Positions 36,029 through 45,036 of a stretch of 54,657 nucleotides of DNA are shown here, in pieces (position 1 is the stretch's first letter; each line of letters starts with the position of its first letter). Position numbers and translations under genes: made by a program. Source of the DNA: an uncultured Bacillales bacterium (GTDB taxonomy: Bacteria > Bacillota_I > Bacilli_A > RFN20 > CAG-826); assembly GCA_946185585.1 (NCBI GenBank), contig CAMHJP010000002.1:1-54657 (forward strand), in the 5' to 3' direction. Under the pieces are notes generated by a model. That model had not been told where the DNA came from, searched no databases, and was given only the letters and a program-made list of their open reading frames with translations.

Positions 36029-36093
36029 TAAATTGTCTTTGACTTATTTTAGGTGAGGTTGCTACAATAACTTCGAAAGATAGGAGAAACAAA

Positions 36094-36786
36094 ATGGAAC
36101 AAAAATTATCAACCAAAATCATTTTCCAAGTTCTTTTCTGGGGAGCGTTATGGGGAATTGTTGAAGCTACATTAGGTACAATTCTTCACTTACCGGCCTT
36201 TGATGCTCCAGGAATCTACTTATGTAGTTCAACCATTATTATCCCAATTGCCTATTGTTTAATGTCTAATTGCTATAAGAGAACTGGATCATTCTATAGT
36301 GTCTATTTAATGGGCGTTTTAGCTGGTGTTATTAAATTAACAACAGCGTTTATTGTTGGCTTTATTAACCGTGTTTATATGCCAGCAATCTACATTGTGG
36401 TGGAAGCATTAGCCATGGGAACTGCTCTAGCAGTCTTTAAACCAAAGAATGTTCTATCTTTAAAAACATTCGCCTCAGTAGTCATCGCTAATACTGTTTA
36501 CCAATTCATGTATCTAGTGATCCGTATTGCGGATAACAATCCAAGCGCTTTTGCCAGCATGGAGGCTTGGCAAAAACTTGGTGAACCATACTTCCTCACT
36601 ATCAACTTTGTTGCTTGCATGTACACCCTTGTTGTTGGTGGTATTGCTTACGGCTTGATTAAGCTTGCTGAAAAGAAAGAATGGAAACCAAGTTTTAGTT
36701 TAGACAAGATTATCTACTCCCCAATTACTGCTTCTGTTTCAGTGGGATTAGCGCTAGTCTTAACAATTGCTTTAAAACTTCTCTAA
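36094..36786 (+). CDS. polytopic membrane protein, unknown function
   Basis: 230 aa, about 6 TM helices. SD AGGAG. Confidence 0.6.
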   Translation: MEQKLSTKIIFQVLFWGALWGIVEATLGTILHLPAFDAPGIYLCSSTIIIPIAYCLMSNCYKRTGSFYSVYLMGVLAGVIKLTTAFIVGFINRVYMPAIYIVVEALAMGTALAVFKPKNVLSLKTFASVVIANTVYQFMYLVIRIADNNPSAFASMEAWQKLGEPYFLTINFVACMYTLVVGGIAYGLIKLAEKKEWKPSFSLDKIIYSPITASVSVGLALVLTIALKLL

Positions 36787-36804
36787 TTTTTAGAAACACA
36801 TAAA

Positions 36805-36831
36805 AGAGAACCCTTTTGGGTTCTTTTTTTG
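36805..36831 (+). terminator. intrinsic terminator
   Basis: Hairpin GAGAACCC-TTTT-GGGTTCT followed by T8. Confidence 0.85.
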
Positions 36832-36862
36832 TTAAGTTAGATAAGTCTAACAATACTTTTCA

Positions 36863-36882
36863 CACACAATAAATTTTGTGTG
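36863..36882. promoter_or_regulatory. palindrome CACACAA-N6-TTGTGTG upstream of the giant nuclease gene
   Basis: Perfect 7-nt arms. Confidence 0.4.
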
Positions 36883-36914
36883 GTATTTTTAAATTAAAAT
36901 TTGTAGAATGTAAT

Positions 36915-36934
36915 TTACACAAATAAATGTGTAA
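36915..36934. promoter_or_regulatory. palindrome TTACACA-N6-TGTGTAA overlapping the putative promoter of the giant nuclease gene
   Basis: Perfect 7-nt arms sharing the ACACA/TGTGT core with 36863-36882. TATAAA follows at 36936. Confidence 0.4.
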
Positions 36935-36955
36935 CTATAAAAAGAGGAAACCCCT

Positions 36956-39900
36956 ATGAAAAAAAGATCTCTCGGTATTAGCTTACTTCTTACCGGTTTT
37001 GCATTGACTCTAGGGGCTTTTTTAGTTCCTTCAAGTAAAGCAGAAGAATCGTTAGGCTATTCTGCGGCGTCACTTCCTACAACAATTGACTTAAACGATA
37101 CTTCCGAATCAAATATTCGTTCATATTATTCTTCACTCAATAATCTTTCGACTTCTGAAAGACAAGGAACAAACCTATTAAAGAACTTAAAGACGATTCT
37201 TAAGAATGGTCAAAAATATTTTTCTTATGAAAGCGGTGAAAACGTTTGGAAGATGTATGAAATTACCGATCGTGACTGGGATAAATCACCTGCATCTGCC
37301 ATTTCCGGCTATAACTCTTCCACAAAGAAGATCACTGGTTATACATACAATACTTCCGATCCGTATATCCATGCTCTCTATGTAAATAGAGATGTGAATA
37401 ACCAAACAACAGCTTGGTCTGATCACCAACAAACCCAATGGGGCATTAATCGTGAACATGTTTGGCCAAAAGCCGAAGGTTTTGACACAAGTGGTGCCGG
37501 CGGTGCTCGTGGTGATCCAAGACACTTGATGGCTGGTAATGGCTATGCAAACAACATTCATAGTAACTATTATTATGGTTACGTTAAATCATCAGGAGCT
37601 ACAGATTGTGGGTCAAAATACTCCAATCTAAGTGGTAATCTTAGAGGAACCTCAAAAACGTTAAATACTGGAACAGTATTTGAACCTCAAGATTCCGATA
37701 AGGGCGATATCGCTCGTTCTATTTTCTACATGGTCGCTCGTTATAACTATCTCTCTGGAAGCGACTCTGATGGTATTGATACAAATAACCCAAATTTAAC
37801 CTTAACTCAAAATATTTCTGATTGGTCAAGCAGCGGCTATACTTCAACAAAAACCAATCCAGGAAAACTTGGTGTTTTAACCGATCTTTTAGCTTGGCAC
37901 CACGCTGACCCAGTTGATGAATACGAAATTCATCGTAATAACCTTTTGTATACAAACTTTACTAATAATCGAAACCCGTTCGTTGATTTCCCAGAATGGG
38001 CAGACTTCATTTGGGGAACCGCTACATATAACGGAACTACCTATCAATCATATGATTCTACTCCAACCGGATCTGCCACTCCTATTAGTGATACGATTAA
38101 CGGTTACAATGGTGGTAGTTCTGATCCTGTTTCTGTTACTGGAGTTTCGTTAAACAAAGCTTCAGAAACTATCACTATTGGTGGTTCTGAAGCATTAACT
38201 GCGACCGTTTCTCCATGGAACGCAACTAATCGAAATGTTACTTGGACTAGTAGCAACACAAATGTTGCAACTGTCAACTCAAGTGGTCGTGTCGAAGCTG
38301 TTGCCGAAGGAAATGCAACTATTACCGTTACAACTTCTGATGGTGGATTTACTGCCACATGCGCTATCACTGTCACTGCTTCTGGCGGAGGTGGCGGCGG
38401 AGAAGTTACAGATGTGACTTTTACTATGGGAGAAGATGGTACAGCTACCCACTCTGATGGAAGCGGGACAGAAACATATACTGAAACTGTCTCTGGTATT
38501 ACGTTATCACTTACAAATGGCGTAAAAATGTATCACAATGCACGCGATGCACAAGGTAACGGGTGTTTGAAGTTTGGAACCAGTAGTGCAGCCGGATCGT
38601 TTACAATCGATCTTGATGGTGTATCTAATCTTGAGCAGGTCATAATTAGAGCTGCACAATACAAGTCAAGATCTGACTGCACAATAACGATAGATAATGG
38701 CGATCCATACACATTGACCAAGAAATCTGATAATGGTCAATATGATGAAATCGTAACAAATATAACGAATCAAACTAGTTTAAATGTTGCTTTCTCTGGA
38801 AGAGCAATGGTTAATGAAATTGAATTCGTATTCCAATCACAATCTACTGTAACGTTAGATAGTATTTCACTTGATACCAGTGATGCTCCAACAACATTTA
38901 ATGTTGGGGATACATTTAGCTACGAAGGATTATCTGTAACTGCATATTATGATGATGGAACAGATGATATTGTTACACCAACAAGCGTTTCAACACCTGA
39001 CTTATCTAGTGCAGGTCAAAAGACTGTTACTGTTTCGTATACAGAAGGTGGAGTTACAAAAACAGCTGATTATACAATTACTGTTAACGCTGTTTCATTA
39101 GTTTCGATTGAAGTAAGTGAACCAAAAACAGCTTATTATGTTGGTGATACTTTTGAAAAACCAACCGTTACTGCAACATATTCAAATGGTTCAACTTCTG
39201 ATGTAACAAACGAAGCCACATTCAGTGGTTATAATCTTTCAACTGTCGGAAATCAAACTGTTTCTGTTAGTTATACTAACGGAACAACAGTAAATACATC
39301 ATATTCTATTACTGTTACTGCTTTAACAGTTACATCCATTGATATTAGTGGTTATACGACAACGTTTAAGGTTGGTGATCCATTTAGTTTTGGTGGAACA
39401 GTTACCGCAAACTATAACAACGGTTCAAGTGCGGATGTGACTAGTAGCGCCTCATATAGCGGATACGATATGTCAACTGCTGGAAATCAAACTGTTACAG
39501 TTAGCTTTGGTGGTCAATCTACGACATATCAAATTGTTGTCAGTGATAGTGGTGGCGCAACTGATTCAACTCAGTTTGAATTAATAAATTCAACATCTGC
39601 CTTAGAAGCTGGTAAGAGCTATATTATTACTAACGGAACAAGTGGCACTGTAAAAGCTATATCTACTGCTTCAAATGCAAACAATAGAAAAACAACTAAT
39701 GCCACAGTTTCTGATAGTAAAATTACACGTGGATCTTCTATCATGAGTTTTACTCTTGGTGGTTCTAGTGGTGCTTGGACATTTGCAACTGAAAATTACG
39801 CCGGAACTGATGGTTATCTTGCCTCTGCTGCCAGTGGAAACAATAACTATTTAAGAGTTATTAGCACAGCAGAAACCGCAACAATTAGTTTTAGTGGCAA

Positions 39901-41464
39901 TGAGGCTGTTATTAACATTGGTCCACATACATCAAGGACTCAAATTCGATACAACACAAGCGACTTGTTTGCTTGTTATTCCTCTGGTCAAAGCGCAGTT
40001 TACCTTTGGAAACAAGTAACACCAAAGGTGTTAGATTCAATTTCTATTAATACAACAAATGTTCAAACAACATTTACCGTTGGTGATACATTTAACTATA
40101 CCGGATTAGTTGTTACCGCGAATTATACCGATTCAACGAGTGCAACAGTTTCGCCAACAAGTGTTTCAACGCCAGATTTATCATCAACCGGAAATAAAAC
40201 AGTTACTGTTACTTATACTGAAAACAACGTTTCTAAAACTGCTCAATATAACGTTACCGTAAATTCAACTCCATCTATTTCATGGACGGCACCAACAATT
40301 AATGTTTATTCTGGCTCCACATTAAGTGGAACAGATGCAAATGGTTGGTCAGTAACCTATAATGACGGAGCTGGACATCAGACTGTTTTAACATACAGTC
40401 AATTAACGGTTAAACTTGGCGGAACAACCATTGCCATTCCACACCCATGGTCCACTGATGACGATGGTAAAACTTTGACCGCGACCTACAATTCATTAAC
40501 CACAACCGCTTCTAGCGCTGTTCAAGTAACACAAAGTGTTAATACTATTACAGCTGCTGTTACTGAAAATTATGATTATACATTTGAATCAAAACAATTC
40601 TCAGCCGCCGGAAGTGTGGAACTTGGCAGTCATTCATGGACTATGTCCGGAACAGACGATGGCTCACCGTTCTTTGGTTATGATGGTACAAAAGGACAAC
40701 AATTTGGTTCAGGAAGCCATCCGTTCTCTGATGTTTCATTACAATCTTCCGATTTCAGTGGAACCATTAACTCTGTAACTGTTTATACATCTGGCGCTAG
40801 TAGCATTAATGCTACTGTTCAAGTTAGTGTTGGAGGAACAGCCTATGGCTCTGCTCAAACAATCACTAACACAAATACACCATATACCTTTGATTTAGGC
40901 GGTAAATCAGGAACTATTTCAATCGATTATGTTAATAGTTCATCAAAGGCAATTTACATTAAGGAAATTGTTGTGAATGCACTTGGGCCTTCGTCTAATA
41001 TTGCTAACTCCACAGATCATATTGCTGCTCAAAGAGTTGCAGTTAAATTCGCTAAAGCATTTAATGCTGCTATGGACAATACTGAGAATTGTACAACAGG
41101 ATTATCGACAGCATGGTCAACATGTGCCTCCGCATACAATACATTCCTATCTGAGGCTACTGCATTAGGCGAAACTGAAGAAGCATACGCTAAAGACTTA
41201 ATTAAGTATGCTAGTGCTCAATATTCTGATGACAGTGGTGAAGCTTGTATTGAACGTATGATGAAGACCTATGAAGTCTGTGTCCAAAAACATGGACAAA
41301 CAGGCTTCATGAATGATCTTGTCGAACTTGGAAAAGCGCCAACTTCAGTCATAACAGTGACATTAAACAACGCAACAAATATCACAATTATTGTTGTGGC
41401 TAGTGTCATTATGATTGCTGCTGTTGGTGGATACTTCTACATTCGTCGATATAAGCAAAAATAA
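36956..41464 (+). CDS. 1502-aa surface protein: Endonuclease I domain, Big_2 domain, multiple Ig-like repeats, uncharacterised beta-rich modules, C-terminal TM anchor
   Basis: Signal peptide. Nuclease motifs NREHVWPKA, GDPRHLMAGNG, SDKGDIARSIFYMVARY and NNRNPFVDFPEWADFIW. Big_2-like VTGVSLNKASETITIGGSEALTATV...VATVNSSGRVEAVAEGNATITV. C-terminal TM helix. Confidence 0.85.
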   Translation: MKKRSLGISLLLTGFALTLGAFLVPSSKAEESLGYSAASLPTTIDLNDTSESNIRSYYSSLNNLSTSERQGTNLLKNLKTILKNGQKYFSYESGENVWKMYEITDRDWDKSPASAISGYNSSTKKITGYTYNTSDPYIHALYVNRDVNNQTTAWSDHQQTQWGINREHVWPKAEGFDTSGAGGARGDPRHLMAGNGYANNIHSNYYYGYVKSSGATDCGSKYSNLSGNLRGTSKTLNTGTVFEPQDSDKGDIARSIFYMVARYNYLSGSDSDGIDTNNPNLTLTQNISDWSSSGYTSTKTNPGKLGVLTDLLAWHHADPVDEYEIHRNNLLYTNFTNNRNPFVDFPEWADFIWGTATYNGTTYQSYDSTPTGSATPISDTINGYNGGSSDPVSVTGVSLNKASETITIGGSEALTATVSPWNATNRNVTWTSSNTNVATVNSSGRVEAVAEGNATITVTTSDGGFTATCAITVTASGGGGGGEVTDVTFTMGEDGTATHSDGSGTETYTETVSGITLSLTNGVKMYHNARDAQGNGCLKFGTSSAAGSFTIDLDGVSNLEQVIIRAAQYKSRSDCTITIDNGDPYTLTKKSDNGQYDEIVTNITNQTSLNVAFSGRAMVNEIEFVFQSQSTVTLDSISLDTSDAPTTFNVGDTFSYEGLSVTAYYDDGTDDIVTPTSVSTPDLSSAGQKTVTVSYTEGGVTKTADYTITVNAVSLVSIEVSEPKTAYYVGDTFEKPTVTATYSNGSTSDVTNEATFSGYNLSTVGNQTVSVSYTNGTTVNTSYSITVTALTVTSIDISGYTTTFKVGDPFSFGGTVTANYNNGSSADVTSSASYSGYDMSTAGNQTVTVSFGGQSTTYQIVVSDSGGATDSTQFELINSTSALEAGKSYIITNGTSGTVKAISTASNANNRKTTNATVSDSKITRGSSIMSFTLGGSSGAWTFATENYAGTDGYLASAASGNNNYLRVISTAETATISFSGNEAVINIGPHTSRTQIRYNTSDLFACYSSGQSAVYLWKQVTPKVLDSISINTTNVQTTFTVGDTFNYTGLVVTANYTDSTSATVSPTSVSTPDLSSTGNKTVTVTYTENNVSKTAQYNVTVNSTPSISWTAPTINVYSGSTLSGTDANGWSVTYNDGAGHQTVLTYSQLTVKLGGTTIAIPHPWSTDDDGKTLTATYNSLTTTASSAVQVTQSVNTITAAVTENYDYTFESKQFSAAGSVELGSHSWTMSGTDDGSPFFGYDGTKGQQFGSGSHPFSDVSLQSSDFSGTINSVTVYTSGASSINATVQVSVGGTAYGSAQTITNTNTPYTFDLGGKSGTISIDYVNSSSKAIYIKEIVVNALGPSSNIANSTDHIAAQRVAVKFAKAFNAAMDNTENCTTGLSTAWSTCASAYNTFLSEATALGETEEAYAKDLIKYASAQYSDDSGEACIERMMKTYEVCVQKHGQTGFMNDLVELGKAPTSVITVTLNNATNITIIVVASVIMIAAVGGYFYIRRYKQK
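38850..39545 (+). repeat. four tandem Ig-like coding repeats (a fifth copy lies at about 40028-40262)
   Basis: The unit L.SI.....P.T.F.VGD.F...GL.VTA.Y.DG....VT....S.PDLS..G..TVTVSY......T..Y.ITV is repeated. Confidence 0.75.
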
Positions 41465-41489
41465 CCAGCAATTTCTGGATAAATTATGC

Positions 41490-41520
41490 AAAACAGGCGT
41501 AAAAACCTGTTTTTCTTTTA
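41490..41520 (+). terminator. intrinsic terminator
   Basis: Hairpin AAAACAGG-N8-CCTGTTTT followed by a T-rich run. Confidence 0.8.
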
Positions 41521-41618
41521 TTTAAAAATAACCGCAAATCTTAACTATTTTTGTGCTAGTATAAATCATAGATTTGACTAAAAAATATTTGGGATTATAA
41601 TCATTCGAGGAGAAAAAT

Positions 41619-41942
41619 ATGCAACTGATTAAAAAAGCCTTTATTACAAACTGCATCCTCATGGCTGTTTGCGCCGTCTGTCTGACTTATGACGCTATCG
41701 TATTTCGAGGTTGTTATGAGATGCTTCATAGTGGAGATTGGTCTTCATTATTCGCGATTTTTATAATCCCACTCTTTTTCCTTTTTTCATTAGCATCGGT
41801 GATTATGGGTGGTATTCAAATCTCAATCGCCATTCGTAATATTGTCAAAATCCGTACCTGGTACACCATTTTGATGCTTGTCTTATCATGTGTCGTTCTT
41901 GTTGCACCAATCGTATTAGTTTTGTTATTGTTTCTTTTATAA
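41619..41942 (+). CDS. small membrane protein (3 TM), unknown function
   Basis: 107 aa, hydrophobic. SD GAGGAG. Confidence 0.55.
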   Translation: MQLIKKAFITNCILMAVCAVCLTYDAIVFRGCYEMLHSGDWSSLFAIFIIPLFFLFSLASVIMGGIQISIAIRNIVKIRTWYTILMLVLSCVVLVAPIVLVLLLFLL

Positions 41943-41955
41943 GAAAATTAAAATG

Positions 41956-41985
41956 AAAAAAATACTCCATAAGGAGTATTTTTTA
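41956..41985. terminator. bidirectional terminator between convergent genes
   Basis: Hairpin AAATACTCC-ATAA-GGAGTATTT with flanking A and T runs. Confidence 0.8.
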
Positions 41986-41998
41986 TTTGCTATTTATC

Positions 41999-42238
41999 TT
42001 ATTCAGTAAGAATTAACTTACCTTTAAGGATTAAATAAACTAAGTCAACAAGAACTGGAATCCAGAGTCCACCAACTAATAAGTAGAGAACAAATCCAAG
42101 AATATTTGTTGTTGATTGCTTTCTTAATAAAGCAGAAAGACGAACTAAAATTTCAACAACCCAACCAACGATTGGAAGGATGAAAATGATGACTTGGACT
42201 AATCTTGATTGACTATTAAACCATTTATCGAAGTTCAT
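41999..42238 (-). CDS. small membrane protein (2 TM), unknown function
   Basis: 79 aa. SD GGAGAT lies upstream on the minus strand. Confidence 0.55.
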   Translation of the reverse strand: MNFDKWFNSQSRLVQVIIFILPIVGWVVEILVRLSALLRKQSTTNILGFVLYLLVGGLWIPVLVDLVYLILKGKLILTE

Positions 42239-42463
42239 TGTTATCTCCTTTTCTAGTCTTTATTATAGAAAAAAATTAAAAAACCGCAATCTGTTTTATG
42301 AATTTTTGTATTGTAAATTTGTAAGAAAAAAACATGGATGAAAATAGAAACTCATATTTTGATGGCGGTTTATTACAAAAATAGACTGAATTTTTTATTG
42401 CTTTTTCTCCTAAAAATGCCTTTTTATCGCAATTTTCTAAGAAAACTGCTATAATTTTCACGC

Positions 42464-43135
42464 ATGACTAAGGAAGAAAAGAACGCTCTAAAACTTGATC
42501 GACGAAAAATATTAGAAGAAAATCGTATTTTTCATCGACGTATTGATGAACTCTTCGCCAAGAAGTATCGTACATCAATTCGTTTTGAGAATGCTCTTGT
42601 CATGGATGATGGAAAAGCCTACATCAATGTTGACTTAACCAAGATTGAATCCCCATTCTCCGAGTTCTCTTATAACCGTAGAATGAATCCAGAAATCTAT
42701 GACTACATTAATAATGAAGTCTTCTTCTTAAGAGCGTCGATTCCTCTTGTCATCCGTTTTGATGATGATGGAAAGTATTCTGAGGAGATGAAGAGTAACA
42801 TTCGTAAGACTGTTGTCCGTCACTATAACTTAGAATACGAAGATTGTCGTTTAGCCTACCGTAAGAATATGTGGAGTGGAATCTTCATTCTTGGTTTCGG
42901 CGCAATCTTTCTAATCACCTACATTCTTCTTTCTATTTTTGGAAACTGGAATTCTGTCTTAATGGAACCACTCCTCATCATCTCATGGGTTTGTATCTGG
43001 GAATCTATTAATAGATTCTTCTTTAGCGGTCATGAAAGAAAAGTGGATGTTTATAACGCTGGACAACTTGCCTTAGCGGAAGTGAGCTTTGGTAAGCCAG
43101 TTCGTAAAGAAACATCCTTAAAGGAGAAAAAGTAA
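42464..43135 (+). CDS. membrane protein of unknown function (distant paralog of 16128-17213)
   Basis: 223 aa, soluble N-terminal region followed by 2 TM helices. TATAAT at 42450-42455 lies 8 nt before the ATG and there is no SD. Confidence 0.55.
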   Translation: MTKEEKNALKLDRRKILEENRIFHRRIDELFAKKYRTSIRFENALVMDDGKAYINVDLTKIESPFSEFSYNRRMNPEIYDYINNEVFFLRASIPLVIRFDDDGKYSEEMKSNIRKTVVRHYNLEYEDCRLAYRKNMWSGIFILGFGAIFLITYILLSIFGNWNSVLMEPLLIISWVCIWESINRFFFSGHERKVDVYNAGQLALAEVSFGKPVRKETSLKEKK

Positions 43136-43136
43136 A

Positions 43137-43676
43137 ATGGAACTTAAAGGAAGTCGCACAGAAAAGAATTTAGCATTTGCTTTCGCTGGAGAAAGTCAAG
43201 CTCGTAACAAGTACACCTACTTTGCTAGCAAAGCTAAAAAAGAAGGATTTGAACAAATCGCCGCTATTTTCTTAGAAACAGCTGAAAACGAAAAAGAACA
43301 CGCCAAAATGTGGTTTAAATACCTTCAAGGTGGCGAAATTAAATCCACAGCTGAAAACTTAAAAGCCGCTGCTGAAGGCGAAAACGAAGAATGGACTTCA
43401 ATGTACAAAGAATTCGCTAAAGTCGCTCGTGAAGAAGGCTTTGATAAGATTGCTTTCGAATTTGAAGCTGTCGCGAAGATTGAAAAAGAACACGAAGAAA
43501 GATATCGTGCCCTTCTCGACAAAGTCGAGGGTGGAAGAGTCTTTATCGCTGAAGACGTTGTTGTCTGGAAATGCCGTAACTGTGGCCACATCCACGTTGG
43601 TAAAGAAGCACCAAAGATCTGCCCAGTTTGTGCGCACCCACAAGCGTACTTTGAATTGCGCGCGAAAAACTTCTAA
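43137..43676 (+). CDS. rbr: rubrerythrin
   Basis: Ferritin-like di-iron domain (GESQARNKY...[10 protein letters not shown]...EGENEE...IEKEHEERY) plus a C-terminal rubredoxin-like CRNCGH...CPVCAHP. Confidence 0.92.
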   Translation: MELKGSRTEKNLAFAFAGESQARNKYTYFASKAKKEGFEQIAAIFLETAENEKEHAKMWFKYLQGGEIKSTAENLKAAAEGENEEWTSMYKEFAKVAREEGFDKIAFEFEAVAKIEKEHEERYRALLDKVEGGRVFIAEDVVVWKCRNCGHIHVGKEAPKICPVCAHPQAYFELRAKNF

Positions 43677-43831
43677 TAATTAATCATTGATTATTATTGA
43701 TGTTTCATTAATAATATAAATCGTTATTTTAAGCCGACTTGAAATAACCTCTAATCTATTCTTCGTGGTAGATTATTGAATTTGCTGGTAGTAAAAAGTT
43801 GAACAGCTGACCAACCCCGACCTAGTTGGGA

Positions 43832-43860
43832 AGTCTACTGCTCGAACAGCGCTACCAGAC
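43832..43860. repeat. inverted copy of the 5' half of tRNA-Phe, 6 nt upstream of the tRNA
   Basis: AGTCTACTGCTC-gaacagc-GCTACCAGAC is the reverse complement of tRNA nt 2-33 (12 plus 10 identical nt with a shortened middle). Confidence 0.75.
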
Positions 43861-43866
43861 AAATAT

Positions 43867-43942
43867 GGTCTGGTAGCTCAGCTGGTAGAGCAGTAGACTG
43901 AAAATCTACGTGTCGCCGGATCGTCCCCGGCCTAGACCACCA
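43867..43942 (+). tRNA. tRNA-Phe (anticodon GAA) with unusual T-loop
   Basis: GGTCTGG...GTAGA-CTGAAAA-TCTAC...GCCGG-ATCGTCC-CCGGC-CTAGACC-A-CCA. The T-loop has A54/T58 instead of T54/A58. Confidence 0.85.
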
Positions 43943-43950
43943 AAGAATGA

Positions 43951-43974
43951 AAGACGTGATGAACGTCTTTTTTC
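43951..43974. terminator. terminator after tRNA-Phe
   Basis: Hairpin AAGACGT-GATGA-ACGTCTT followed by T6. Confidence 0.8.
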
Positions 43975-43977
43975 TTT

Positions 43978-44044
43978 TGGTGGATAGGCAGGGCGATAAG
44001 GCGACACGTAGATAGAAGAAGACTGCTCTAACAAGTCTCACAGC
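43978..44044 (-). pseudogene. degenerate inverted copy of tRNA-Phe (pseudo-tRNA)
   Basis: TGGTGGATAGGCAGGGCGATAAGGCGACACGTAGAT...ACTGCTCTA aligns with the reverse complement of tRNA-Phe (TGGTGGTCTAGGCCGGGGACGATCCGGCGACACGTAGAT...ACTGCTCTA). The anticodon arm and 5' half are decayed. Confidence 0.6.
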
Positions 44045-44058
44045 AAATTCTAATAATT

Positions 44059-44087
44059 ATGTGCGCACTTTGTGCGCATTTTTTTAT
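44059..44087 (+). terminator. GC-rich hairpin with T-run (orphan terminator-like element)
   Basis: TGCGCAC-TTT-GTGCGCA followed by T7. Confidence 0.55.
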
Positions 44088-44167
44088 TATCAAAAAACAG
44101 TGCAAAAACACCCCTTATTTAACGAATTAAGTTAATAAAGGCTTAATGCCTAGAAAGGAGGTAAACT

Positions 44168-44935
44168 ATGGAAAATTCAGGTATTATTGGTTACGAAAAC
44201 GGCATGCGAAATGAAACCGAACTTTTAGAAGCAATCAATGGTAAGAAACTGCCTGAACTTTCGAAACATCTACAATATATTGTTCGCACGATGTTTAAAC
44301 GTGCAGACATGTTTGACACTGTCTATGTTGAGAAAGTTCCGGGATTTGCTAAACCAGATCTAAAATTTACCATTGGTGATGAAGTTCATTACTTGTCCGT
44401 CAAACATGGACAAAGTTCGCAAGTACACTGTGAAGACATCCAAACCTTTATTAAGTGGTTACGCGAGAATGGCATGAGTGAACATATCATTGAATGCTTC
44501 TTAAAGTATCACTATGCTGATGGAACTCTTGATGGAACTGGAAAAGACCGCATGAATCAAAACAAAGTCATGGTCTTTTATGAAGATGAAGTCAAAGAAA
44601 TCAATGAAGCTTTCAACGAAAATCGTTTCTTTGTTCGTGACCTCGTAAAACGAGTTGTTTTTGACGGCAATGATCCAAGCAAACCTTCGGCTGATTTCAT
44701 CTATCATGGTGACATCGAAGAAGGTGAAATTTGTTCGATGGAATCGGTATTAAAATATTCCAAACAAAAACGATGCGAAAAACTAAATACACCTCATATT
44801 GGTCGCATTTTAATCCGTCCTTATGCTCGTTATTTACACAACCAAGACACTCATCCAGAAAAGCGTCATAAAGTCACGTTTGATTGGATTAGGTTAGAGT
44901 GGGATCTAGAGTACATTAAAGAATGGGGTTATTAA
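44168..44935 (+). CDS. PD-(D/E)xK-like nuclease, HpaII/MspI-like orphan (paralog of 11191-11955)
   Basis: SD AAAGGAGG. Core AKPDLKF-x-YLSVKHGQ. Shares the HYADGTLDGTGKDRMN and PHIGRILIRPYARY blocks with the 11191 product. Confidence 0.45.
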   Translation: MENSGIIGYENGMRNETELLEAINGKKLPELSKHLQYIVRTMFKRADMFDTVYVEKVPGFAKPDLKFTIGDEVHYLSVKHGQSSQVHCEDIQTFIKWLRENGMSEHIIECFLKYHYADGTLDGTGKDRMNQNKVMVFYEDEVKEINEAFNENRFFVRDLVKRVVFDGNDPSKPSADFIYHGDIEEGEICSMESVLKYSKQKRCEKLNTPHIGRILIRPYARYLHNQDTHPEKRHKVTFDWIRLEWDLEYIKEWGY

Positions 44936-45036
44936 TTTTCTTCTTACTTTGTAAGCGCTTATCACACGTATTTTGTTGAATATGGTCTCCTAATTATTAA
45001 TAATTAAAGAGCGTTATTATAGAAAAGGAGATTGTT

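Noticed and set aside
36045-36093. preQ1-I-like sequence (GAGGTTGCTACAATAACTTC followed by an A-rich tail and SD) upstream of a membrane protein gene.
   Set aside because: The GCTACAAT segment coincides with a well-spaced TTGACT-N18-TACAAT promoter, so most of the putative aptamer would not be transcribed. The downstream protein (230 aa) also does not look like QueT.
43740-43866. Possible T-box or other riboswitch upstream of tRNA-Phe.
   Set aside because: T-box leaders precede aminoacyl-tRNA synthetase or amino-acid genes, not tRNAs. No specifier loop or T-box consensus was seen. The complementarity is explained by an inverted copy of the tRNA 5' half.
43835-44041. 68-aa minus-strand ORF.
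   Set aside because: It spans tRNA-Phe, its terminator and the inverted tRNA remnants, so it is not a plausible coding region.
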